Origin: an uncultured Acidobacteriota bacterium
GTDB taxonomy: Bacteria; Acidobacteriota; UBA6911
Assembly (NCBI GenBank): GCA_963843575.1
Contig: CAWJKZ010000012.1
Span: 160,001-224,000, forward strand
Length of the DNA stretch: 64,000 nucleotides
Reading direction: 5' to 3'
The notes beneath the pieces were generated by a model. It did no database searches. It saw nothing but the letters and a program-made list of their open reading frames with translations, and was not told the DNA's origin. The first letter of the stretch is position 1, and the number at the start of each line of letters is the position of its first letter. The translations under genes and the position numbers were made by a program. This document shows positions 1-11,545 of this stretch, one piece after another.

Positions 1-1586
1 CGCGTCACGTCACCATCGAGGCGTTCAACCGCTTTTACGGTAAGGCCTACGGCAGCTTCTCCGAGATCACCCCGCCCCCGGACTTCTGCGAATACACGGA
101 ACTCGCCCTCTTCCGGCAGTGGGCGATGGAGAGCGTGGTCTCGCGGGTGCGCTGGGTGTACGACACGGTGCGCGCCGTCGACGACGCCCACCCGATCAGC
201 GCCCACGTCGGCGCCAACACGCTCGGGCAGGACATCCTGGCCGACAGCTCCGACGATTTCGCCACGGCCCGGGCGGTCGATTTCTACGGCACCAGCCAGC
301 TCTTCTTCACCGGCGACTTCATCGAGTTCGACAACATCGAAGGGGAAGCGACCTTCGCCGGGCACCCGGTGGCGCGACGACTACTACATCCTCTCGCTCG
401 GGGCCGACTGGCTGCGGTGCGTCAGCCCGTACTACTGGATCAACGAGATCTACACCAACTCGTTTTTCTACACCACCCCGGACATCGGCGGCGACGACCT
501 GCCGCTTCCGGATCTGGACGTACCTCGCCGGAGGGGCCAAAGGGGTGGTGTTCTGGCAGTACCGCTCCGAGCGGGTGGGCAACGAGAGCGGCTGCTCCGG
601 GCTCGTCGGCATCGACGGCGACATTCACCGCCCGGACCGACGGCTTGTGCGCTCGAAGCGCGCCGCATCCGGGAACACGAAGCGCTGCTGCGCGATTTCC
701 AGCCGGACCCGGCCGAAGTCGCCATCCTGTACGACCTCGAGTCCGACTTGATGTCGCGCATCGAGGACACCACCGGCCAGAACTTCCTGGGCAACACCGT
801 CAAATACACCTGCAAGGAGGCGCTCAAAGGCGCGTACAGCCTGCTCTGGCGGACGCACACACCGCTGGATTTCCTCTCCACGCGCGACCTGGAGACGATA
901 CACCGCTACCGGCTCGTCTATCTGCCCGCCATGCTCGTGGTCGACGGGGCCGTCGCGTCCATCCTGGAGGATTACGTCCGCCAGGGAGGGTTCCTGATCG
1001 CCGAGGAGGGCCTTGGCCTCCGGGACACGCGCTACTGGATGGCCACGACCGCGCCGGGGGCCGGGCTCGATCGCCTGTTCGGGGCGAACCAGGGGAAGAC
1101 GATCCAGTCGGCGGTACCCGGGACCCTGCAGCTCGCGGGGGCCGAATTGCCGGTCGTTGGGCGGCGCGCCCTCCTCCACCCGCGCGGAGGCCGCGTCGTC
1201 GCCGAGTGGCCTGAAGGCGGAGCGGCGGCCGTGGCCCACGTCCACGGCGGCGGGCGGACGCTGCTGTACGGATTCCACCTCGGCCAGTGCAGCGCCGAGA
1301 CGAGGGGGGCCGCCTACCTCTGGCTGGCGCGCTCCTGGCTGGCGGAAGCAGGCGTCGCACCGGGCATCCGGTTCCCGGACGGCGGCGAACCCATGGTGCA
1401 GTGGCGCTCGGGGACGAGCCTCGGAAAACGCATGGTCTACCTGCTGAACTACGAGCCGCACCCGGTGCGCGTCACCCTTGGATGCGGCCGAAGGGCTCGA
1501 GGATGTGCTTTCCAACACCGCTCCCCGGTGAGCCCGGCACGACCGTCCTTCCCGCCCGTGACGTCTGCATCCTGGCCGGCCGTTGA
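1..1586 (+). CDS. GH42-like beta-galactosidase, C-terminal part with trimerisation domain (5' truncated, frameshifted)
   Basis: Joined frames give DFYGTS, YWINE, AGGAKGVVFWQYR, EVAILYD and YRLVYLPAMLVV..LEDYVRQGG. The likely true end is VLPARDVCILAGR* at 1586. Confidence 0.7.
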
Positions 1587-1763
1587 CACACAACCCGCGG
1601 ATCAGGTGGAGTGCGGCGGGCTGAAGAGACTGTCCAACGGTCGAGCTGCCGGGCCTGCCGTACGCAATTCGGCGAGGCGCCGACGCGCCGCCTGCCCGTA
1701 AAGCAAGTGGGTCCGGGCTGAAGAGGCTGTCCAACGGTTGATCTGCCCGCCCTGCCCGTAAAG

Positions 1764-1874
1764 CAAGTGGGTCCGGGCTTCAGCCCGGACGCCGTTTGCT
1801 GTCGCTATGCAGGGCAGGTGGAACTCTATGCAAACGGATTTAAAGTCGTCCGGGCTGAAGCCCGGACCCACTTG
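1764..1874. repeat. REPIN-like inverted REP doublet, family A
   Basis: CAAGTGGGTCCGGGCTTCAGCCCGGAC at 1764-1790 and its reverse complement at 1848-1874. Partial tandem copies lie at 1617-1760. Confidence 0.9.
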
Positions 1875-1897
1875 TGATCTTGTTCGGATCCGGCAGA

Positions 1898-2902
1898 TCA
1901 ACCGTTGGACCTGCCCACCAGCGCGCGCAGGTTTGCGGGCGGTGTGTCGGGGGGCACCTCGCACCCGGCCCCGATGATGTAGTTCGGCCCGGCCACCCGC
2001 AGGCACTCCTGCACCGCGGCGGCGACCTCCCCGGCGTGCCGTTGCGCAGCACCCGGACAGGATCGATGCCGCCGAGCAGCACCTGGTCCGGCCCCAGTTT
2101 CTCGCGGGCCTCCTGGATCGGCACGGCGGAGTCGATGTCGACGATGTCGCACCCAAGCCGCGCGATGCCGTCGAGGATGCGCCTCGTGTTCCCGCAGATG
2201 TGGAGCCGGACGCGGGCGCCCGCCTCCCGGAGCGCTTCCGCCAGCCGCTTTTCGCGGGGCCAGACGAAGTCCTCATAAATGCGGGGCCCCACGAGCGAGG
2301 CCGCGGGATCACCGATCCCGATTACCTCGGCCCCCGCCTCGACCTGGGCCCGCCCGAACCGCATCCCGAGCTCCAGCACGAAGTCGAACAGCTCCCGGAC
2401 GAAACGCAGGGTCGTCGTGGAAATCCAGCATCAGGCGATTGATGCCACGCAGGTCTGCGGCGGCGCCACAGGGCCCTTCCACCCACCCTTCGACCACCCT
2501 GCAGGTCGCCCGCCTCGCGCTTCATCAGGGCCAGCCCGCTGCAGCCTGTCGCGCATGTTCGGCGCCCTGCGGGGGTCGGGTAGTTCGAGGGTAGCCGAGG
2601 TCGCCCTTGTCCGCCAGCCGCGAACCGGCTTCGTCCATGGCATACGGCTGGTCCTCGAACAACTGGATCGCGGCGCCGCAGTCCGGGGCTTCCCGCGTCT
2701 CGGTGATGGCCGAGACGTGGTCGAAGCCGAAATCCGCGGCGGTTCGGATCTGCGCCTCGGCCATGATGCGGTGATCGAGGGCATACCGGCCGTATTTAAA
2801 CCCCGCGTGTCGCGCCGCGAACATCATCGTGATCGGCATGACGCCGGGCCTATCGACCGGCTTGTGATCCAGCAGTGCCAGGATTCGCTCGCGACCGTTC
2901 AT
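1898..2902 (-). CDS. Uroporphyrinogen decarboxylase / MtaA-CmuA-like methyltransferase family protein (frameshifted)
   Basis: MNGRERIL..DRPGVMP, GWVEGP, IGIGDPAAS, RLHICGNT, GGIDP, GAGCEVPPDTP. GAGGAGG RBS upstream. Confidence 0.85.
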
Positions 2903-2921
2903 GTCAGCCCTCCTCATAACT

Positions 2922-2948
2922 CTGGAGTGCGGCGCCTCGGCGCCGCTT
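2922..2948 (+). repeat. REP-like hairpin, family C (TGGAGTGCGGCG..CGCCGCTT)
   Basis: Related copies at 37519-37546, 53993-54027 and 54074-54101 (inverted); partial copy at about 1607. Confidence 0.75.
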
Positions 2949-3064
2949 CGACCCGCATCCAACGGCCGGCATACCCGGCGCCTCGGCGCCAGGCCAAACT
3001 GCGGGATGCGACCCTGCACACCCGGCCTGCGGCGCCGCCGAGGCCCCGCAGGGGCCAGGTTCGG

Positions 3065-5201
3065 CTATCGGGCTTTCGGCGGGGAGTATAAGGTTAGCGA
3101 GTGATTAACGAACGGGCCTCCGGCGCCGATCCGCACGCGGTAATCGGCCGCTCCGCCGAGCTGCTCCGTGTGCTCCCCGCGAACGCCGCCCGACAAGCCA
3201 CGCGTGGGTAATCTCCAGCGGTCCCCGGGCGGGGACTGGCGCGGAGGCGGACGGCGAGCCTGACGCTGTCCAGGCCCATGTTCGGCGAGGGCGTACCTGA
3301 CGTACACCTTGTTGATGCCGGCCGGAATCGCACTCACGGTCCTGTCCACCTCCGGCCAGCGGAGCAGCTGCTTCGCATCCTGCGCGTCACGGCCGGGCCC
3401 GGCGGGGAGGTACTCCCACAGGGTCGGTGAACGGCCCGGACGGCGAAATCGACCACTCGATGGAGGCCCGGCGAGCCGAGTCGGGCACTGTGGCGCCGGC
3501 GCCGAGCTTCGTGCGCCGCGTCTCGGCGGTGAGTTTGTCGGGCGCCAGGCCGTCCCTGAGGTCCAGGAAGCGCGCCCCGACATCGAAGCCCGCCAGCACG
3601 CCCGCCTTCGGCCCGGCCAGGCAGAAGAGCACCTCACCCGTGCGCCCTTCCGCCGGCCAGAGTATGTCCTGCCCGTCTTCCGAGACGCATCTCACGTCCG
3701 CGCGCCGCAGCGCAAGTCGGTCGAGTTGGTCGAGGCGGATCGGGAGCACCAACGGCGCTGGCGGAGGCTCCGGTGCGATACTGCAGGTCGTTGTCCCCCG
3801 GACTCAGGGCAGGCAGTGTTCTCGGGTTGTGCTGAAAACGGGCGACGATCTCGACCTTTGCAGCACCCACGGAATCGGCCGCACCGGGGCCGAGCAGCCT
3901 CATGCGGACCAGGAACCCGTATTTCCCGGCCACCGGCGTCAGGGCGCCGTGATCGGAGCGCTGCACGACCGGGAACTTCGGCGCCCAGCTGCCCTGGAAC
4001 GGACCGGTGAGGGTCGCCAGGGTTGCCCATGACCGGCCGGCGTCGGTCGAAAGCGCCGCCTCGATGCTGTCCGATCCGGCCGCGACGAACGCCTCCGCCG
4101 TCAGCCCGGCGTCGATCAGGACCCACGGGCTCGCAATTTCGAACACCGCCGTGCCCGGCTCGTTGCCGCGTTCCCGGATCAGGTGATGCCCGCCCGAACG
4201 GGGATCGGGCATCCGCAGGTTCCAGAGTGTGCTCGTAGAAGGCGTCCGGGTCCGACAGCACGGGCGTGTACTCGAGGCGACCGGTGGCCCAGCGACGCGC
4301 GTCTTTCTGGCTGCGCGGCCCGTCTTCGGTGCGGATCGAGTACTCCGTCACCTCTCTCGGGAACTCCCCCCAACCGCGGCCGTCGAAGGCGTAGGGGAGA
4401 TAGAAGAGCCCAGGCTCCTCGGGCTCGTAGAAGCGGGTGATCCGCTCACCCGGGCGCAGCAGGTAGTCCATCGAGTGGCCCTGCGGGTAGCGGCAGGCCG
4501 GAAAAGAGCCAGTTGTCGGACATGGACGTGAACACGCCGGCCAGGTCCTCGATCGCACCCTCCCGGACGTCGGCCGGATACCAGGGCGAGTCCACCCTCG
4601 AGCTGTCGGCCTTCCTGGCGACTTCGAGCTTCCCGGTCAGGATCGTCCGGTCGCGCGCGATCTGGGTGACCGAGGCCACCGGAAGTTTATCCGGGTCGCC
4701 GGACCCGACGGTCGAGTACCCCATCATGTCGGAGTCGTAGTAGTGGAACGCGCCGTCGTAAAACACTTCGGTGACCGTGTGGCCGGTGAGAAACCACACG
4801 CGCGCATCTTCGAAACCGCCCGCCCGGTACATGGCCTGGAGCAGCGGCGCGACTTGGTAGCACAGGCCGAAACCGTAGCTGTTTAGGAGCTTCAGCGGAT
4901 CGAGCACTTCGCCGCCGGGTTCCTCGTAGGCCCATCCGGCGATGTGATACCAGAGTCCCGGCTGGACGAAGCGGCCGTCGGTCAGAAAGAAGCGCCAGAT
5001 CGCCTCGGCCTTCTGCCTGGGGGTGACCGCGCCGGCCCCGCGGTAGATCCCCTCAGCGAACGCGCGCAGGTCCGTGGTGTCGACCTGGCCCGCCAGGAGG
5101 ACTTTGGGGGAGAACACCTGGGCCGGGAGCGGACCCGACAGCACAATGGTCAGTACCGCGGCGGCGATTCCCATGCTGGTACCTGCGGAGGTCTTCCTCA
5201 C
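3065..5201 (-). CDS. Secreted transglutaminase-like (Cys-His-Asp) protein, paralog 1 (multiple frameshifts)
   Basis: Signal peptide, then SYGFGLCYQ and GHTVTEVFYDGAFHYYD. Colinear similarity with 9602-11347. Confidence 0.65.
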
Positions 5202-5223
5202 GTGTCGGACTCCTCACTCCAGA

Positions 5224-8200
5224 CTATTCCTGCAAGCCTTTGAGCAGCCCGGCCTCGAGCCAGGCCAGTGCCTGGCGCGCGTACAGGAACGACTGGTCGA
5301 TTTCCAGCGCGCGGCGAAAGCCGGCCGCCGCCTCGGCCGCGTCGCCTTTGAAGGCCGCGTAGATTCCCGCAGTGTAGTGCGCGTGCGCGCGCAACGCCAG
5401 GTTGCGGTCGCTCTTGCGCTGCTCGTTGACGGCCTCGTATTCGCGGAAGAAATCAGCCGCCCGCTGCCGCTCCCCCGTTTTCTGGAGGGCGATGGCCCGG
5501 AACAGCCCCTCCGTCTCGACGTCGTCGTCGGAGGTGGCGGCCGCCGCCTTCCAGGAGGCTTGCGCGGCCGGAGAGTCGCCCTGCGCCTGTTCCATCAGGG
5601 CCTCGAACAACAGCAGGCGGGAACTTGCGACCGAGGCGAAGTCGTCGACACCGAGGCTTGCCGGGCGGCTGGGCCGCCGCCCGGATGTGGACGAGCGCAC
5701 CGGCAGCATTCTTCCGCTCGAACTCCTCGAGCGCCAGGGTCAGCCGCACCGCCCGGTACAGGTGAAGCAGCGTGTAGGACTGGTGGGTGGCCTCGAAGTT
5801 GCGCCCGGTCATGAGCGCCAGGGCCCGGGCCGGGTTGCCCGTCTGGGCTTCCAGCGACGCGAGTCTCTCCACCAGCGCGTCGCTCCCGGGATTCCGCTCG
5901 AGGGAGCGGCGGAACACGTTTCGGGCCGCTTCGGCATTGCCCATCGCGGCGTTGACGTTGGCCAGGACTACGGCCGTGGCCAGGTGCTCGGGTCTCGTTT
6001 CGGACGCCCGGGTCAGCAGCCGGAGCCCCTCGTCCCTCGTGCCCTCCAGCGAGCAACGCCATGCCGAGGTCGCGCAGGGCGAAGAAGTGCTGCGGCGCGG
6101 CGGCCACGGCCCGGCGCCAGAGTTCGATCGCCTCGCCGCGGCGCTCGCGGCTGTAGAGGAGGTCTCCGAGCAGGACCAGGGCGTTGGCGTCCTCCGGGTC
6201 GGCCCGCACCGCGGCGTTGAGGACGTCGACGTCCTCGGACCGGAACGGGAAGATGTCGAGGCGGAGTTCCTGCGCGCGCGCGCCCGGCCCCGCAGCGCGG
6301 CCGCGGCTTCGGAGTGACCCTGCTCTTGTTCGGCGAAGCCGGCGTAGTAGAGCAGCAGCGGGTCGGGCGCGGCCTTCTCGATGCCCCGCCGGGCCACCCG
6401 CGCGGCCTCGGCCCAGCCGTGGAGCCTCATGTACTCGGTCGCCAGCTCGAGGTACCCCTGCGGGTGCCGCGCGCACGCCGCGTCCATCAGGAGCAGGGAC
6501 TCTTCCGGGGCTTGCGGACGCAAAGGCCTGTTCGGCGCGGGCGAACGCGTTGGTCGGATCCCTACGCAGGATGTCCTCGAGCTCCCGTCCGGCCGCCGCG
6601 GCCATTCCCGTTCTCCTCAACACGTAGGCATTCGCCTGCCGCGCGGAGAGATCCGAGGGCGCAGCCGCGGCCGCCCGGGCCATCAGGGGAGCGGCGCCCT
6701 CCCAGTCGAGGTCGCGCAGCGCCACCAGGCCGAGACAGTACTCCCGGCGGTCGAACTTCGACGAGGACGGCAGGATGCGGTAGAAGTGCCTCTCGGCCTC
6801 GAGCCGCCGGCCGAGACCGGCGCTGATCAGCCCGAGGAAGTAATGGGCGTCGCCGTTGGTCGGGTCCCGTTCGAGCACCTTTTCGAACTGCGGGGCTGCC
6901 CCCGCGTAGTCGAAGCGCTCCATGGCGAGCAGCCCGAGCCTCAGCAGCACCGGCGAAAACAGGGGATCCTTCGCGAGCGCGGCACGGTAGGCCTCCAGGG
7001 CGTCGGCGGTCTGCCCGAACTTTTCGTGGCCCAGACCCTTCTGGTACAGCTCCTCCGCCTGCAGCGTCTCGGCCGGCCCGAACTTGCGCGGGATCGAATC
7101 GCTGGCGTAGGCGGCATCGGGGTGGGAACCGTCGGGTTGCACGCGGTAGTCGACGAGCGACCTGCCCTCGGCCGAACGGATGCGCAGTTGAAGCACCTGC
7201 CCCTGGCTTTCACCGCCCAGTGGGATCGATGCCCGGTAGGCCGCGCCGACCTCCAGGTCGTGTTCGGCGGACCAGATCGTCTTGCCGCCGGCCAGCAGCT
7301 CGAATCCCGGACCGGGGGAACGCCGCGGTCGGCGCCACCGCGAGCTTCGCACTCCCCGGCCGTTCCCGCGGGATCTCGAGCAGGACGGCCGCGTCGCGCG
7401 TCGCGGTGGTCAGCCCCCCGAGCCCGCCGGCACCGTACCAGTACTCCGTCCAGCCGTCGGTCTTGCCGGGATCGATGAACTCGTAGTTGCCGTCCCAGAT
7501 GAAGCGGCCGCTCTGGGTCTCCATGTAGAGACCGTCGTTGTCGGTGTAGACGGCCATGTGGCGCAGCGCCGTCTGGCCGGAGCCGAACGTCCACGTCTTC
7601 ATGCCGCGCGCGAGTAGGCGGTTGGTGTAGCAGATCGTCCCGTAATCCGCCTCGTAGTCGTAGATCGACATGAAGTTGTCGAAGATATCGAGGCCGAAGA
7701 CGCCGAGCATGTTCTTGTTGTTGTTGTTCCAGCTCATGTCGACGCCGTCGATGAGCGGCCAGGTGTTCAGGACCGAGCTGTCGTGGCCGATCGTCCTGGT
7801 CATCGGGTAGACGAATCGGCTTCCCCTCGCTCACCGCGACGCCGGCGTTGGTCCAGAGCATGTAGCGGTTGGGGAGGAGGTTCTTGTTGTGCAGGCGGAT
7901 CGTGGTTTCGATGTACGCGCGGCCCGGGCGCAAGGTCACCACCAGCGAGATCTTGTCGCGGAAGAAGTGGTCGACGTGCGAAAGCACGATCGACGCGGCG
8001 CCGTCCCCGTGCCGCTCGAGAGTCCACGCCCACGGTTCGCCGGGCCAGGTCAGCATGTGGGCGTCGAACGGGCCGTACAGTTCCAGGTTCCCGACAGGCC
8101 AGCCGCCCCGCTGGTTGTAGCGTCCGGGCTTGATGACGGTCGTGTGATAGAAAAGCTCCTTGCCGGCGACCTTGTCGTACGCCGAGTAGATGCGGCCCCC

Positions 8201-8482
8201 CAGTTCCGGGAGACACTCCACCCGCAGGTATTCGTTCTCGAGCAACAGCGACTCGTAGTCCACCGGCACCGGTTTCTTGGCCCGGGAATCCCAGTCGAGC
8301 ATCGTGTACGGGTAGTGTCCCACGGCCTCGAGCGGATTGAACAGCGGGGCCACGATCTCCGACCGGCCGAACGTGTAGGTTGGGATGGTGTGCCGGGTCG
8401 GCTGAAACCGCACCGGCTCGGCCGCACCGGCCCGGACGCACGCAAGCGCGGCTAGGAGAATTGCAGGGGTATAGGTTCTCAT
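5224..8482 (-). CDS. DUF5107 domain + TPR repeat protein (frameshifted)
   Basis: Signal peptide, LENEYLRVECLPELGGRIYSAYDK..ELFY..VIKP, WTNAGV, KTWTFG, YMETQSG, followed by many TPR-like helical repeats. Confidence 0.85.
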
Positions 8483-8602
8483 CTGTGCAAGTTTACGAGA
8501 TTTGCCCGCCTCCAGGGGCATGGAATTTGCGGAATATCGATAGGTCTGCCCGCTGCATGAGACCTGGTGACGCCTTTCTCATCTAATCCTGCGGAGGAAA
8601 CC

Positions 8603-9388
8603 GTGACGCGAACAAGCCTGGCATCCCTGCTGCTGCTTCCCGCACTCATCGCCCTGTCCTGGGCTCAGGACGGCCCCCGGCAGGCCCCCACACCGGCGCC
8701 AGCGCAACCGGAGGCGACGCAGCTGCCGCCGGAAGAAATCATCCGGAAGTTTTCGGCGAAGGAGTCGGAGTTCTACGAGGCCTGGATGCAGTACACCTAC
8801 CATCAGACCGCCGACGTGCAGGTCGTTTCCGTAAACGGCATGCCCACCCGGGAGAAGATGACCACTATCTCCGACATCGTTTTCAAAGACGACGGGACCC
8901 GCGAAGTCCAGGTCGTCCGGCGCGCGGGCAGCCTGCGCAGCGTCGTCTACACGATGCAGGACGAGGAGGTCATCAACAACCTCCAGCCCTTTGCGCTGAC
9001 CGAGAAAGAACTGCCCCTGTACAATCTAGGTTTCCTGGGGAAAGAGAAGGTGGACGAACTGAACTGCTTTGTGTTTTCGGTGAAACCGAAGTCCACCCAG
9101 GGCAACAGGATGTACTTCGAGGGCAAGATCTGGGTGGACGACAGGGACCTGCAGATCGTGCGCACCGTGGGAACACCCGTCCCGCAGAAGAAGAACAACC
9201 AGTTCCCTCAATTCGAGACGGTGCGTCAGATGATCGACAAGCAGTACTGGTTTCCTGTCTGGACCCACGCCGAGAGCGACCTGCACTTCCAGCGCGACAA
9301 CGTGCACATCGAAGAGACCATCACCTACGCCGACTACAAACGCTTCGGCGCCAAAACCACCATCCAGTTCGGCCCCCCCAACCGATAG
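8603..9388 (+). CDS. Secreted hypothetical protein, LolA/MucB-like fold
   Basis: GGAGG RBS and GTG start; signal peptide; EIIRKFSAKE, CFVFSVKP, FEGKIWVD..DLQIVR, YWFP. Confidence 0.7.
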   Translation: MTRTSLASLLLLPALIALSWAQDGPRQAPTPAPAQPEATQLPPEEIIRKFSAKESEFYEAWMQYTYHQTADVQVVSVNGMPTREKMTTISDIVFKDDGTREVQVVRRAGSLRSVVYTMQDEEVINNLQPFALTEKELPLYNLGFLGKEKVDELNCFVFSVKPKSTQGNRMYFEGKIWVDDRDLQIVRTVGTPVPQKKNNQFPQFETVRQMIDKQYWFPVWTHAESDLHFQRDNVHIEETITYADYKRFGAKTTIQFGPPNR

Positions 9389-9619
9389 GGGACGGACCCG
9401 GCGAAGCCATTGCGGCACAGCAAATTACGAGAAAATACCGGCCGTAAATGAGGCTTATTCAGGCTTTTCAGGGCTTAAAATCGAAAATAACGAGGTCAAG
9501 CTCGATGGCTGAGAGCTTATTCAATGAAATCACCCTCGAAAAATGGATATAAGGCCCTTTTTCAGGGGTTACACGGAAGCTAAACACTAGTAATAATGAG
9601 TTTAGCGTGGTCCGTCCCC
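9388..9619. repeat. AT-rich element with GGGGACGGACC terminal inverted repeats, family B
   Basis: GGGGACGGACC at 9388-9398 and GGTCCGTCCCC at 9609-9619. Interior is homologous to 20807-21058. Confidence 0.85.
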
Positions 9620-11347
9620 CAGTTCGATCGAGAGGGAGGTGCAGCGCTTGAGTCCGGGAGCGTCGAGGGTGTAGGCGGCGACGTTGTCCCGGAAGTCGGA
9701 GCGGAAGAGCGACTGCGTGTGTTCCCTGGCGCCGGCGGCATCCTGATAGCGGTAGGCGACGCGGATCGCGCCTCCTATGCGGCTTGCGTCGCGCACCTTG
9801 AACAGGATCCGGTTCCGGCCGGCGAAGATCTGTGGAATGGACATGATCCCGTTTTCGAACTGCGCGGAGAGCCGGAACCGGGACAAGCCGGCGGGCATTG
9901 TGCGGCTGCCGTTCGGTCCGACGGTCACCCGGACCTGAAACTGGTAGACGCCGTGGACGCTGGCGTTCCTCCCGTTGAAACGGGCGCGGCCGATGGGGAC
10001 GGTGAATGTGCCCGGTCCGCGGTGAATCTCGTCCCACGATGACCAGGCATCCGGCTCCGACTCGTTCGCAGTCTTCGCGAGCAGGATTCGTATCTCCAGC
10101 CTGAGCGCGTCCGCGTCGGTTCCGGCCATTTCGCCGGAAATCGATCCGTCCACCAGCACGTACGGGCACTGGACGTCGAACGTCGCACTGCCTCCTCCCG
10201 CCCTTGTGCGCGGCCTCAGGTGGGGCGGGTCGGACACCTGGACCAGCGTCGAACCCGGAGCCAGGAGGTCGAGCGGTTCCCGGAGATCGGGCTGGTAGGC
10301 GATGCGGCCCCACGCCTGGCCGAGCGTGCGCCCCCCCGCGACATCTTTGTTGTACCCCTCGTCCGTCGGAATCTGAGACAGGTAAGGTTGGGCCCGGAGA
10401 TAGTTCGGGTCGTTGAGCACCCAGTTGCCGTGGAGCATCGTCTCGGTCACGCGGTAGAAACGGCCCAGCGCGAGGAAGGGCTCTTCGCGGCGCGTGTGAA
10501 CGCCTGCGGGCACGTAGAAGGCACGCGCACTTCCGTCCCAGAACCGCTCGATCGTCATGCCTCTGGCGAGGCAGAAATCCATCTCGTGAAAGCGGGTGCC
10601 CATGTCGTACTTGCCGTCGCCGAACACGCACTCGGCCTTGCCCCCGGCTTTGCGCCAGTCCTCCTCCGAGCGGTAGTACGCGGGTTGCAGCAGGAGGGCC
10701 CGTTCCCACTCCTCGCCGAAGTACTCGAAGAAGGGTTGGCTGCGGTACTTGAATTGCCGGTTCCGGAGCACGTTTTCGTCGACGCCGACTTCCGCCCAGT
10801 CGAGGATTTTCGCATCCGGCGCATCCCGCTCGACGAGGTAGTAGCCGTAGCGCGGGTCGAATGCCGCATACCGGCCGTCCAGCCGGAGGCGGTACATCGT
10901 GTGGAATCCTCCGTTCTCGTGCATCACGCAGACACGCTCCGCCGCCGCCCGGTCGCGCTTGTACTCCGCCCAGGCGGCCTCGGCTATGCGGCTGCTGGTG
11001 TCGCAGTAGCCCCAACCGTAGACAAACAGGTTCTTGTGGGCGTCGAGCACATATTGTTCTTTGCCATAGGCTCCTTCGTATGCCTGAATCATGCCGCCCG
11101 TGGCCATCCGCGAGAAGAGTCGCAACCAGCGGAAGAACGCCTTGGCCTGAGCCGTCTCCGTGGCGTTGTCGAGGCCCTCCAGCCGCATGACGTCGTGCGT
11201 CCACGTGTTTAGGTTTGTGCATTCCGGCCACCGTTCGCTCACCACCAGCGGGCCCCGAACCGGCTGTGGCAGGGCGGGACGGGCAGACCAGACGGCAGAG
11301 ACCAGTGCGAGGATTGCGCACAACCCAAATCTTGTGCGAGGGCGCAT
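9602..11347 (-). CDS. Secreted transglutaminase-like (Cys-His-Asp) protein, paralog 2
   Basis: Intact 581-aa ORF with signal peptide, VYGWGYCD and GFHTMYRLRLDGRYAAFDP. Confidence 0.7.
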   Translation of the reverse strand: MRPRTRFGLCAILALVSAVWSARPALPQPVRGPLVVSERWPECTNLNTWTHDVMRLEGLDNATETAQAKAFFRWLRLFSRMATGGMIQAYEGAYGKEQYVLDAHKNLFVYGWGYCDTSSRIAEAAWAEYKRDRAAAERVCVMHENGGFHTMYRLRLDGRYAAFDPRYGYYLVERDAPDAKILDWAEVGVDENVLRNRQFKYRSQPFFEYFGEEWERALLLQPAYYRSEEDWRKAGGKAECVFGDGKYDMGTRFHEMDFCLARGMTIERFWDGSARAFYVPAGVHTRREEPFLALGRFYRVTETMLHGNWVLNDPNYLRAQPYLSQIPTDEGYNKDVAGGRTLGQAWGRIAYQPDLREPLDLLAPGSTLVQVSDPPHLRPRTRAGGGSATFDVQCPYVLVDGSISGEMAGTDADALRLEIRILLAKTANESEPDAWSSWDEIHRGPGTFTVPIGRARFNGRNASVHGVYQFQVRVTVGPNGSRTMPAGLSRFRLSAQFENGIMSIPQIFAGRNRILFKVRDASRIGGAIRVAYRYQDAAGAREHTQSLFRSDFRDNVAAYTLDAPGLKRCTSLSIELGDGPR

Positions 11348-11369
11348 AATCTCTGTTCCTCTCTACTAC

Positions 11370-11479
11370 GGGGTCGCGTCTATTAGAGCTCGGGCGGAGT
11401 GCGCCGGGCCCGGAACCCGCCCTGCTATTCTTATCAGACAACCTTTGGCGGCCAAACTCAAAAGTCGAGACCTGACCCC
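11370..11479. repeat. Inverted pair GGGGTCGCGTCT / AGACCTGACCCC (REP-like doublet, family F)
   Basis: 10/12 inverted match spanning 110 bp in a divergent intergenic region. Confidence 0.55.
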
Positions 11480-11545
11480 GTTTTGGTATATTCGTGCAGA
11501 CGAGCGTTCTTGCGGCAATCAGGGCTCGACCTGCGGGGACGAACC

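Noticed and set aside
1617-1874. Possible CRISPR array (repeat at 60-bp period)
   Set aside because: Only two or three units, spacers resemble each other, repeats are REP-derived, and there are no cas genes.
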